This document shows positions 1-10,300 of a DNA stretch of 64,000 nucleotides, piece after piece. This DNA is from an uncultured virus (IMG/VR IMGVR_UViG_3300001533_001549) (taxonomy: Duplodnaviria > Heunggongvirae > Uroviricota > Caudoviricetes). The position numbers and the translations under genes are program-made. How positions within the stretch are numbered: the first letter of the stretch is position 1; the number at the start of each line of letters is the position of its first letter. Location: IMG/VR virus record IMGVR_UViG_3300001533_001549; one strand, written 5' to 3'. A model generated the notes under the pieces. The model was not told the DNA's origin, ran no database searches, and saw only the letters and a list, made by a program, of their open reading frames with translations.

Positions 1-87
1 TTTGAGAACAAGCCGGCAGACACAACGCCGACAGTTGAAGAGCGGACAGCCGCAGCATTAGAAGCATTGGTTCTCACATCAATGTAA
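1..87 (+). CDS. 3' end of a tail-associated protein (XkdW-like C-terminus), truncated by window edge
   Basis: Frame 1 reads FENKPADTTPTVEERTAAALEALVLTSM*. This PTxEER..ALE tail typically precedes XkdX genes. Confidence 0.5.
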   Translation, partial: FENKPADTTPTVEERTAAALEALVLTSM

Positions 88-105
88 ATAAAGGAGAAAA
101 CGAAC

Positions 106-243
106 ATGAACTTTGAAACTATCAAAAAGAATTACGAACGTGGACTTTGGTCATTGGCTCTTGTCAAAATGGCAGTCAAAAAAGGTATCATCACAGAAGA
201 GCAGTTTGAGGAAATCACCAAGCAAAAATATACAGATAAGTAA
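106..243 (+). CDS. XkdX-family small phage protein (45 aa)
   Basis: RBS AAGGAG; MNFETIKKNYERGLWSLALVKMAVKKGIITEEQFEEIT matches the XkdX pattern (Y..GLW....V...V.KG.IT.E.F.EIT). Confidence 0.8.
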   Translation: MNFETIKKNYERGLWSLALVKMAVKKGIITEEQFEEITKQKYTDK

Positions 244-268
244 ACGGCATAGCAAAGGAAATTGAAAA

Positions 269-400
269 ATGGCCACAACGACGCTTGACATCATACTCGG
301 TGTTCCCGTCATCATAGGTGGTGTGTGGTTCTTAGTGTCTTACTTTAGGAAGCTATTTAAAGATGAACAACATAGCAAACAGTCCGATATGGATGATTAG
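269..400 (+). CDS. small single-TM membrane peptide (43 aa), possible holin-like
   Basis: Hand-translated: MATTTLDIILGVPVIIGGVWFLVSYFRKLFKDEQ...; AAAGGA upstream. Confidence 0.45.
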   Translation: MATTTLDIILGVPVIIGGVWFLVSYFRKLFKDEQHSKQSDMDD

Positions 401-488
401 TCTGGCAGTTCTGTCAGGATCGGTTCTGATCGGTTACGTGACATACGCAATCATTTCAATTGTGAAATCAAACAGGAAGAACAAGTGA
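363..488 (+). CDS. small single-TM membrane peptide (41 aa)
   Basis: Hand-translated: MNNIANSPIWMISLAVLSGSVLIGYVTYAIISIVKSNRKNK; hydrophobic core with basic tail. Confidence 0.45.
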   Translation: MNNIANSPIWMISLAVLSGSVLIGYVTYAIISIVKSNRKNK

Positions 489-501
489 CGATCAGAAGAT
501 G

Positions 502-530
502 TTGACATAGTACCGGTTGTAGTTTATAAT
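502..530 (+). promoter_or_regulatory. perfect sigma70/sigmaA promoter upstream of capsid gene
   Basis: TTGACA (502-507), 17-nt spacer, TATAAT (525-530). Confidence 0.85.
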
Positions 531-536
531 AAGTGT

Positions 537-690
537 GTAAGCTGCGGGCTGCTCTAGTGCCTTGAACGAAACATGTGGAATCCGGCGACCCACATGTGGA
601 TGATTCAGCCAGACAAGAACCGACGTAACCTCTGTTATGTGTTTCTTTCTGGCTTTTTTGTTGGATTCAAGACCTGGAAATCCGCACAAA
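537..690 (+). ncRNA. structured 5' leader / possible sRNA or attenuator of the capsid operon
   Basis: Nested pairings TGCGG/CCGCA, CTTGAA/TTCAAG, ACATGTGG/CCACATGT and AGCCAGA/TCTGGCT, the last followed by a T-run. Confidence 0.5.
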
Positions 691-711
691 ATCAAATAAA
701 GGAGACCAAAC

Positions 712-2508
712 ATGGCAACCACCACACCAGCAGGAGCGCTTCTGCCTCTGCACGATTTGAAGAATGTCAACACAGTTTTGGGTATGCTTTATGATGAGAA
801 CGGTGTGTATCGTCCTGCATTCGAGCCGAGTGTTTTCTACAACACGATCCTCTTGGATACGCTCAAATACGGTGAAGAGAACTACGTCCATCTGAAGTAC
901 GCCGAAACAATCAACATCCGCCGCGGCGAGAGCGTCGCACGATTCAGACGTTGGGCAGGCATGACACCAACCCTCCGTCCTCTCAAGGAAGGTGTGCCGC
1001 CTGCGCCTGACAAGCACGCTTACGAAACAATCGAAGTCGGTAACGTCTTCAGCTTCGGACGTTGGTCTGAGTACACTGACAAAGTTGATCAGAGCATCAT
1101 CAGTGAAGTTGTCGCTGAGCGTTCGGTCCAGTACGGTGAAAACGCCAACCAGACCAAAGAGCTTTACGCACGTAAGACCTGGCTTGCATCGCCGAATGAA
1201 TTCTACGCCAACTTCAAAGAATTCGGCACACTCGGATTCGGAGATGAAGTTCTTCTCGATGACCTGCGTTTCCTGATCGCCCGTATGAAACGTATGCAGG
1301 TCAAACCTATCGCCGGCAAGTTCAATTATGTCTGCTCGACCGAGTTTATCAACGGACTCATTGATGACCCGCGCGTCAAGCAGTACATGGCGATCGAACA
1401 GACAACCGGAAAGCTTTGGGGATCCGGTGAACCTTTCGATATGTTCGAGATCTCGTTCATTCCCACAATGCTCGATGAGTTTGCGTACCCTGATACAGAG
1501 TATCCTGGCGTATATGAACTCTCAAGCGGTAAAGAAGCGATCAGACTCTATGCTATTGACGACGACACAATCTACTATCTTGATGTCCATGAAGACTTTG
1601 TCGTTATTGCGAGCCCTGAACAGAAAGCCAAGGTTGTTTCTGAAGGAACCTCCTATCTCTCTGACGGCACCGCTATTGAGAACCATGCGGTCTGGGAAAT
1701 CCCTGTGACCACAAAAGATCTCACGTCGCATCTGAATGCTTCAGGTGACCCGACAAATACCAAAGCTGTGGCCAGAAAGTCCACGCGTACGGAATCCTAC
1801 GTCAATGGCGTCAAGACTGTTTCTTATACTGCTTTAGCCGACGCTACCGGCGATGTCGATACGATCAATACTTTGATTGATGCAGGTGCGTTCATGCAGC
1901 TACCTGTCCACCGTGGTATCTTGTTCGGTGACGAAGCACTTGTCAAACTGAATGTCGAAGGTCTGAGTGATTCACCGGAAATCATCATCAAACCTCTTGG
2001 TTCTTCAGGAGTCGCCGATCCTATCAACCAGAGACAATCCATCGGTTACAAAGTCGACGGCTTCGGTCTTGCAATCAAGAGACCGGAAGCGATCTGTGTG
2101 ACCTATGGCATTCCGAAGTTTGCCGAACTCGCAGCACTCACCAACAAGGTCATCTCCGGTGATTGGACACTTATGGAAGGTCGCACTCTTGAAGATACTG
2201 ATCCGAACCACATTACTGATGATGGTTATCAAGCACTTCGTGTAGACGGTGTTAATGATCCCAGATATAGTGCTGTTCCTAACGAACCTATTGTTCTCGG
2301 ACATAACACTTTCACTGAGTTTACTACAAGCGATGACTACTCAATCGGTGATAAAGTTCTTTATGGTAACATTCCGTACGTCTTCATTGCTGACCACAAC
2401 GCAGGCGCATGGGATTTGACACACGTCGCTAAGGCAAGTCTTTCCAATTCTTTGGAAGACAATCCTTTGGATAACGGTGGCAACGACCCTGACTCGAACG
2501 TTAAATAA
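712..2508 (+). CDS. major capsid protein, N4-gp56-like family, with internal insertion and C-terminal extension
   Basis: FRRW...PLKEGVPP; GRWSEYTD; IIIKPLGSSGVADPINQRQSIGYK is the characteristic C-terminal motif of this MCP family; strong RBS. Confidence 0.85.
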   Translation: MATTTPAGALLPLHDLKNVNTVLGMLYDENGVYRPAFEPSVFYNTILLDTLKYGEENYVHLKYAETINIRRGESVARFRRWAGMTPTLRPLKEGVPPAPDKHAYETIEVGNVFSFGRWSEYTDKVDQSIISEVVAERSVQYGENANQTKELYARKTWLASPNEFYANFKEFGTLGFGDEVLLDDLRFLIARMKRMQVKPIAGKFNYVCSTEFINGLIDDPRVKQYMAIEQTTGKLWGSGEPFDMFEISFIPTMLDEFAYPDTEYPGVYELSSGKEAIRLYAIDDDTIYYLDVHEDFVVIASPEQKAKVVSEGTSYLSDGTAIENHAVWEIPVTTKDLTSHLNASGDPTNTKAVARKSTRTESYVNGVKTVSYTALADATGDVDTINTLIDAGAFMQLPVHRGILFGDEALVKLNVEGLSDSPEIIIKPLGSSGVADPINQRQSIGYKVDGFGLAIKRPEAICVTYGIPKFAELAALTNKVISGDWTLMEGRTLEDTDPNHITDDGYQALRVDGVNDPRYSAVPNEPIVLGHNTFTEFTTSDDYSIGDKVLYGNIPYVFIADHNAGAWDLTHVAKASLSNSLEDNPLDNGGNDPDSNVK

Positions 2509-2574
2509 TCTAAGTGGATATGAGGCGCATCTTTATGGTGTGTCTCTTCCACAAGATTTACAAGGAGGATTTAT

Positions 2575-3915
2575 ATGAACAAATATTTAAGAAACATTAA
2601 AGTTCCTAAAATCCATGCGATCGCAGTCGAAGCCAAACTAAACGAAGTTTTTAGACGGGACGTGTTCCGTAAGGATACGTTAATAGGTGGCGATCCATAC
2701 ACAATTTTTGAAGTTATTAGCCAAGCACCGATTTTGGTTAAAGCCGCTAATCCTACCAGTCTTCAACGTAATGCATCAGTCACTACAGGGATTAGTAAAG
2801 TACGTAGTGTTGTATATGCTAGTGATTTAGACGCAGGCGGTGTTTTATCTTTCGACACATCAGATGTTGATAACACTACAACCGATACTTATGACGTAGT
2901 AATTACTCTAGTGGATAAAGACGCTGTAGAAACAACACTCACTGTAGAGTGGAATGTCGTCGATACTTTAGTACCCGTAATCACAGCTCCTGGAACAGTG
3001 ACACTTGCAATTGACGAAATCGATGCATGGGATAATGATGGTGTATCTGCAGTTGATAACACCACAGACAACCTAACTACAAGCATCGTCACTACGTACT
3101 TCGAAGAAGACGGCACTTCTAGTATTGCTGATTTGGCTGCATTTCTAACCTACCTTAAAAATAGTTACGAATGTGGTCGTTCTGGTGTAGTCCGTTATAA
3201 TGTGGCTGATACTGATGGTAATGACGCTGCAGAGGTTGTGACTATTGTGTCCTCAACAAACGACGAGTACACGCTCTCGTTCGATGTTGATGGTGGAGTC
3301 GCGATGGCGTCTGTAGATTATTGGTATACTGAACCTCTTGTGGAACCTAGTGATCCTACAAAGGTCGGTTACACATTCGACGACTGGTACGCAGAAGCAG
3401 AACAAACGACACCCTTTGACTTCACAGGAACAATGCCTGAAGAAGACGTCACCGCGTATGCGAAGTTTGTGATCATCGATTATACTGTCACATACAGTCT
3501 TGACGGCGGCGAAAATGCCGCGGGCAACCCTGCGACTTTTACAGTCGAAGATCTGAATGTGGCTTTGGAAGACGCCACAAAGACAGGTTACACGTTTGTC
3601 AATTGGCATGATGCTGTAACTCTTGACTCCGCCGTGACTGAAATCGATGCGATAGGCAACATTGAACTCTGGGCAGAATTCACGATAAACACCTATGATA
3701 TTACATACGTCCTTAACGATGGCGCCAACGATCCGGCGAATCCTGCGACGTATACGGTTGCAACAGCCACAATCACTCTTGAAGACGCTACCAGAGATCT
3801 GCATACATTCGGTGGTTGGTACGACAACGCAGAGTTCACAGGTGACGCGGTCACGGAAATTTCGTTAGGCAGCACAGGCGACATCACCCTTTACGCCAAA
3901 TTCACACCAACGTGA
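2575..3915 (+). CDS. Ig-like / InlB B-repeat (Listeria-Bacteroides repeat) protein, probable capsid decoration or adhesin
   Basis: Ig-like DTLVPVIT...A.DN.. domain, then three repeats of Y(T/D)(L/V/I)xY/F..dGG...P..(K/R).GYTF..WY......LYAKF; follows the MCP. Confidence 0.75.
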   Translation: MNKYLRNIKVPKIHAIAVEAKLNEVFRRDVFRKDTLIGGDPYTIFEVISQAPILVKAANPTSLQRNASVTTGISKVRSVVYASDLDAGGVLSFDTSDVDNTTTDTYDVVITLVDKDAVETTLTVEWNVVDTLVPVITAPGTVTLAIDEIDAWDNDGVSAVDNTTDNLTTSIVTTYFEEDGTSSIADLAAFLTYLKNSYECGRSGVVRYNVADTDGNDAAEVVTIVSSTNDEYTLSFDVDGGVAMASVDYWYTEPLVEPSDPTKVGYTFDDWYAEAEQTTPFDFTGTMPEEDVTAYAKFVIIDYTVTYSLDGGENAAGNPATFTVEDLNVALEDATKTGYTFVNWHDAVTLDSAVTEIDAIGNIELWAEFTINTYDITYVLNDGANDPANPATYTVATATITLEDATRDLHTFGGWYDNAEFTGDAVTEISLGSTGDITLYAKFTPT

Positions 3916-3945
3916 TAAAATAAAATCCAAGGAGGCAGCACTCAA

Positions 3946-4284
3946 ATGGCAAATGACACATTTGAACTAACATCCAAACTTATCAAAGGTGTACAAGACA
4001 AGGAAATGCAGGCGCGCGTCCATGACTACAAGATTTATAAGGCGCCTACAATGCAGTACCGCATCTCTCCGCTTTACTCAAGGTACATTGGCAACACCGT
4101 GATCGTCGCACATAACGGCAACTTCAAGAAGTTCCCTGTCGATGGTACTGAGTTCTCAATCTCAGATGGACACTACAAGGCACTGACAAAATATTTGAGG
4201 CACGTGGACAAACAGATCAGCATCGCCAAGACAAACGCCAAGTTCATGGGAGACAACGTTACAGGAGATTTCAAAAAGTTGTAA
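3946..4284 (+). CDS. small protein downstream of capsid genes
   Basis: RBS GGAGG; IVAHNGNFKKFPVDG motif; position in the head module. Confidence 0.7.
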   Translation: MANDTFELTSKLIKGVQDKEMQARVHDYKIYKAPTMQYRISPLYSRYIGNTVIVAHNGNFKKFPVDGTEFSISDGHYKALTKYLRHVDKQISIAKTNAKFMGDNVTGDFKKL

Positions 4285-4292
4285 GCTACATT

Positions 4293-4326
4293 AAAAAAAC
4301 TACCAGACCTATCCTGGTAGTTTTTT
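4293..4326. terminator. bidirectional intrinsic terminator
   Basis: AAAAAAACTACCAG-acctatc-CTGGTAGTTTTTT. Confidence 0.8.
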
Positions 4327-4329
4327 ATA

Positions 4330-4338
4330 TGATATAAT
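4330..4338 (+). promoter_or_regulatory. extended -10 promoter for the giant gene
   Basis: TGATATAAT right after the terminator; RBS AAGGAG at 4357-4362, TTG at 4373. Confidence 0.6.
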
Positions 4339-7300
4339 GAAGGCAAGAGCCAACATAAGGAGCGTGTTTATCTTGTCGAATCTGCGTCCACGTATCCAAT
4401 ATATGCCAAGAGTCAACCTCGATCCCAGTCGTGTCTATAACCGTCCGGCTCTTCCACCGGTTGTCGTATCCGCAGGAGGCGCTGTAGGAGCCAACAGGTA
4501 CAACCTCAACAAACAGTTCGAGTACACTCTTCGACAAATGGCCGTATCGCCCTTTTCAGTAAACAGCCAAGCATACATGCAACGTATCCGTGATGAATAT
4601 GGGTACGTTGATAGCGGAGCTTACGAAGCATTGGGCCTTGTAGGTGGTGTTGTAGGGGCTGGAACAGGGTTCTTGTTAGGCTCAGGATTCAATTTCAAAC
4701 AAGCGCTCGGTTCAACCATCGATATGAACGCTTTGAATGACGCCGCCAAAAAGCGGCCTTGGTTCAATCCGAAACGGATCCGTGGAAGCGAAGCATTCCG
4801 AACATCAGGCGCAATCAAAGACATCAAAGCATACAACAGAGTCGTTGATACGATCGAAGAGAACAGGTCTCTTATCAAATCCTTGACTGCGTCCCGCGCA
4901 GAAAAACTGAAAGAATTGACCAAGGCACAGGAAGCGTACTCAATCTATAAGAAACGCGGACGCCCGGCAAAGGCGACACTCGACCACAGGAACACATTAA
5001 GAAAAGGCCTCAAGACAGCAGAAGAAGCTGTTGACAATATCGACAATCAAATCAAATCTGCAAAGGGTATTATAAAGACAGCGGCGTCTCAAGCGGACGA
5101 CGCGGCTTTTGCATTGGCAAAGACTCATGGTGTGGCCGTCAAAGCGGGAAAAAGAGTTTCGCTTAAGTTTGCAGGAATGGTGCCTTATGCAGGCATGGCT
5201 GCTGATATTGCAAGCTTCGGGCTTTCCGCGACAGGACTTGCACAAAGTATTGAAGAAGGCGACGCGTTAAACATAGCTTTGAACACGGTCGCGCTTGTGG
5301 GCGATACTGCTGCCGTAATCGGTGATGTGATCTCTCTCGGAGGTGTCACAATGCCTATCGGCGAAGTCATCTCCAACGTAGGTGGTCTCGTAAGCGCAGG
5401 TGTTTCGGCGATCCAAGGATTCCTTTTTGGACAGACCGTAGGCAGATCCTTAAGTCCTGAAGGAGCAAAAGCACAGGCGCTCTTCACACAGAACCTTTAT
5501 GCAGGTATGGCGCAACGCCCGGCAGGCACGGTCGCCACAGCCCTTACAATGTTCGGTACACCTATGGTATTAGGCGCTCTGAGCAGATATAGGCTCGGAC
5601 CTGTCAGTGGTATCAGCCGTTGGATGACGACTACTGCGCTTGGTAACCAAGTGCGAGCGGGCGTATCCATGATGGCGACGCAAGCGATCACACCTTTGAC
5701 AAACAGCATTGATGAAAGACTTCCTTGGGCACCGCAAAATCCTGAAGATGTCAGTTTTGTCAGTGCGATATCTTTGATGGGCGACTTGAATGACAACCTG
5801 TACGGGGCTACCAGAATGAAATCAATTCTTGTTGGTGCTGTGGCAGGAGACGCATCTGAAATGACCAAGGCTATGGCAAGGTCCTGGGGACATAGCGATG
5901 AAATGTATAAGTCAGTCACTTTCGATGATGTCCGCGAAACTGCCGGTCTTGATTTGTCGCCTATCGGAAACTCAATATTTTCAGTCATAGGCGAAATGCT
6001 AATCGATCCGCAGAACTGGTATGAAGCAGGCGTCCGAATGCAACGTGACCGAACAGTTGAAGCGTTCACAGCAACGATCATGAAGACTTTGGATTATGAA
6101 CATGCCCGTGTAAAAATGACCGGTGGTGTTGCCGACTTAAATGGAATCGGAAAACTTGTTGAAGATTCAGGGATTCTTGCACGAGGAAAACGCCTCAGTG
6201 ATGCTGACCGTACACGGCTTGTGAAAGACGTTGTCACGTCTTATATGGAAAAGGGCGCAAAAGGCGTGCGAGACACCCTCATGAAGCACAGTGTATCTTA
6301 CTTCAAGGGAACAGACAGTCGTGTAAGAAAAAGTAATAGAGCGGATCTGAAGACCCAGCAGGACGCAATGCTCAAACTCCTTGATGGGATGGCAGACGGG
6401 TCATTCAGATACAACGTAAAGAACCCTGATGATACTGCACGTGCTCAAGAGAACTATAAAAAACTTCAATCCCTACAAAGAAAAGTCAAACAAGGAAAAG
6501 ACATCTCCGAAGAAAACCAGAAGCTGCTGAATGATATAACCGGTGCTTACGAGAATCTGAAAAGTGTGCATGGCAACGACCTCAATGACGCTAGACTTCT
6601 TGAGGAGTTCATCAACCGCGCGGACATTGTCCTGTCGCCCCGGACATTACAGACCATGTATATGAAGTTCAACGAGATGCGTTACCACATGGATCTTTCA
6701 GATGCTTTCTCACGAGCAGTCACGACTGTTTCCAATCCTGCAATGACACTCGTCAAAGGAGTGTCTTTCAGTCTACAGAAATACAATGCATATGTAAGTC
6801 GGTTTAAAATGAACAACAAACAAAAGGCCGTAAAGATTCTCAGTAAAAAAGAACTTCTGGACAACTTATCAAAAGTTGTGGATGAATCGGAAGTTGAAGC
6901 GACAAGAGCTAAACACGATCCTCAAATGGAAACATTCGAAGGCTTGCTTGCTCGTGAAAAAACAGACGAGGACGCTCTTGTAGATGATGTGGCACAGGAA
7001 ACAGTTAGACGTACGGATGAGATAAATCAAAGACGCGAAGCTGAAAAGTCCGCCAATGCAGAAGTCAAAAAAGATATCGAAGAAAAAAGAAACGCGTTGG
7101 CGGAACTTCATAAAGGCAACGTGTATAACAGCGGTCGAAACTACATCAATGCACGAACAAAAAACACTGTATATATTGATGACCAAAATGCAAAAAGCAT
7201 TGAAGAAGAAGTAAAGAACTATGGAAAAGAAGATTCCGGAAAAGAACCTACACATGATGAACTTCAAGCAAAACTGAATAAAGACAAACGCAGCAGAGAC

Positions 7301-10300
7301 ACACAAGTCCGTGAAAGATCTTTGAACATCCAGGACAAATACGAAGCGCTCTTGGATTATACCTATGCCAAATCAGATTTAAAATTGATGGACGCGATCT
7401 TTGCGAAATACAGAACTGTCGTAACACTTGCGGATCTGGGCTCCGCGGAACTCCACGACCATCTGATCAAACTGCTCACTGCACACAATATTTACCGAAG
7501 GTATATAACTGCGTTTGAACAAGTGCCTGTCGCGATGATTTTGAAAGAAGCGTTAGATAAAGAAGAATCTCTTCGCAATCACGATAAAAATGTGATGGAG
7601 ACGCTCCAAAAAGAGAAGAGAAAAATAACAGCCTCCAAAGCTGCCGACAAAGAAAAGAAACTGGAGGCCAACAAAAAACAAATACTGTCGCTTTCAGGTG
7701 CCATAGCCGGACGTACGAAACGCATCAATGAATATACAGAATCTTTGAAAAAAGAGAACGAACGTGTAGACGCCGGCAACAAACCTAACCTTGCCAAGCG
7801 TGCGGTTTATCTTGGTGAAGCCTACGACGCACTGTTCAATGAAAGAAACATTGACGAAACATTAAGCACCCTGGACAAGATGCTGCCTTATTTCGGGCTG
7901 CTTGTAAGCGGATTGGATGAGAACGGCAACAAGGTCACAATCAATCTAAAGACATTCCATAAAAAACATCTGGAGAAGAACGCGCCGCTGCAACTTGAAT
8001 ACAAGCCGTCGATTGAATCCGGCGTCCTTTCAATCATCAAACGGACACTCGGTATCACAGACATGGACATGTTGTCCAAAGGTGTGCTGGATTTTGAAAT
8101 TGATTTCAAAGAAAAATGGGACCGTTATGACGACCGCTACGATAAAAAGTATGCGTTGCTGAGAGAGTTCATTGCGAGTTTGGACCTTAACTTGTCACCT
8201 GAGCAGCGCATGATTCTGCTAGAGCCAGGCAACATGAGAGCGCTCATGATTGAAATCGACAACGCGGTGAAATTCTCGAACGAAAAAGAATATGTGCAGT
8301 TACAAGCATTGTCTGACGACAGGCTTCACGAAATAGTGTTCTCACAAATGACTAATTTGAAATCATCACATCTATCCAAAGTGATGTCACAAATAAAAAA
8401 AGTTTTTGCAGAGATAAATGTGGATCTCAATAAAGCCTTGAAAAGCGATGAATTCAAAGAAATGCCTTATTTCTGGGATGCGTTGTACAGGCGTCAGCTT
8501 GGAAGCTATAACGAGATACTGAAGACCAACGTAACCTATAGATATTTAGAGGCGTCGCTATATAGTCACACAAAAACCAATGCGTTCAAAACCGGTTTGT
8601 TTGTGGAACGCGAAGCCATGAACGATCTTCTTCCGGATTTTCTCAGCAAGAAACAGATCAAAGATATCAAGGACGGCAAAGGTTATTACAGTCTTGAAAG
8701 ATTTATCAAAGACCACAGCGAGAACCCCATAATCCAGCAGGCTAAAGAATCCGTGAAAAAAGACTGGGAACATATCAAAGCCAGCAATAAGCCGTTGGAC
8801 GAAGCCACTGACAATGAAATCATAGGCAACGCGATTGACAGAACACTGAAAGCAAAAAGTCAAGAAATAAAGAAACGTACAAAAGAGCGTGCGGAAACAA
8901 GAGAACGCAAACAAGTCCATACAGACAGGATGGATGAAGCGTTTGAAAAACTTGGTCTGGACGAAATAACCGAGGACATGTATAATGTTCTTCGTCTCAG
9001 TAGCAGCCTCAGCACAAAAGCTTTCTTCGAACTCGATTACATAAAAAGCATCGCAAAAGATTTCAAAGGAAAGTATGGAAGTAACGAGCTAACACGTAAG
9101 CTGATCATCGCTGTCTTTATGAATAGGTTCTTGGACGACAAAGTAAAAAGTATGGATCTCGGAAGTATCGTATACGATTTCAAGCCCACGTCGTACCGAA
9201 GCAGCGATCCAAAAGACAAAAGCAAAAAGACTTATTATCAACTCCTCAAAGAGCATAGAAGAACGTCGCCTGGGCATGAGCAACGTGTGATGAACATCGC
9301 AAAGCAGCTTGTGTATATGGAAAGCAAATACGATTACATCCGAATCGGAAAGAAAAATCTGGTCGATCTCAAGCGTATGAAGCACGAAACCGACGAAGCG
9401 TTTTTGGTGCGTCGTATTGTTGAGACCTACAAGAACACCGACGCCAAACATTTTGTAAGAGTGTACAGTGACACAAGCAAAAACACAAGCGTAAGAAGCG
9501 CCAAGGCTTTTAAAAACGCAATCAAAGAAGCTGCACACGTGTGGATGATCGAGCACACTTCGAATGATCGGGTGTACGGCTATGACATCATAGACGATGA
9601 AGCGTTCGCTATGAAAGATGTCAAATCTTTCCTCGATCTTTTGGCCAAAGAAAGCACAGAAGAAAGCACCGAAATCAAAAATGAAATTTTCAAAATAGCC
9701 ACAGAAATCTTTGATGAGTCGCTCAAAAAGAATCATTACGATATCATGCATAACGCTATGCAACGTATGGGAGAGTCACTCACAATCTACGAACAGACTG
9801 ACAAAGACGCCCTTGGCGAACGGAATTATATCACACCCTATGATGTCGTTAAGAAACAAATGTTCAGCGACACTGAGTTCATGAACACTGTCAAAGATCT
9901 GGTCAAGATGCGAAGCGGGCGCAAGGGCACAAAATACGAAAGCGGAATCATGTCACTCTTGAACCGCCTTGGCATTTATATGAATGAGGACTATCAAAAC
10001 AAAAAAGATATACGCATCCAAGATTTTTTACGGATCGAGTCTTACAAAGGCGAGACCAAGTTCATAATGAAAGGTCGGAAAGAAACAGACCCGGAAACAT
10101 CAATAGGTATCTTCCAGCTTCTCTATACATACCACGTCACTTATAGTGATTTTATAGCGCTCCTCAACCATGTGACAAAAGAGACATCTACGACTTTCGA
10201 CGAGTCTGTCAACATGAGAATCGATGCGATCCAAGAATACGAACAGCTTGTCAAAGAAGCTGGACCTTTGTTCAGTTATCTTAAAACTGATGTCAAAAAG

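Noticed and set aside
573..794. 73-aa ORF upstream of and overlapping the MCP
   Set aside because: It has no RBS, overlaps the capsid start, and the region is better explained as a structured leader.
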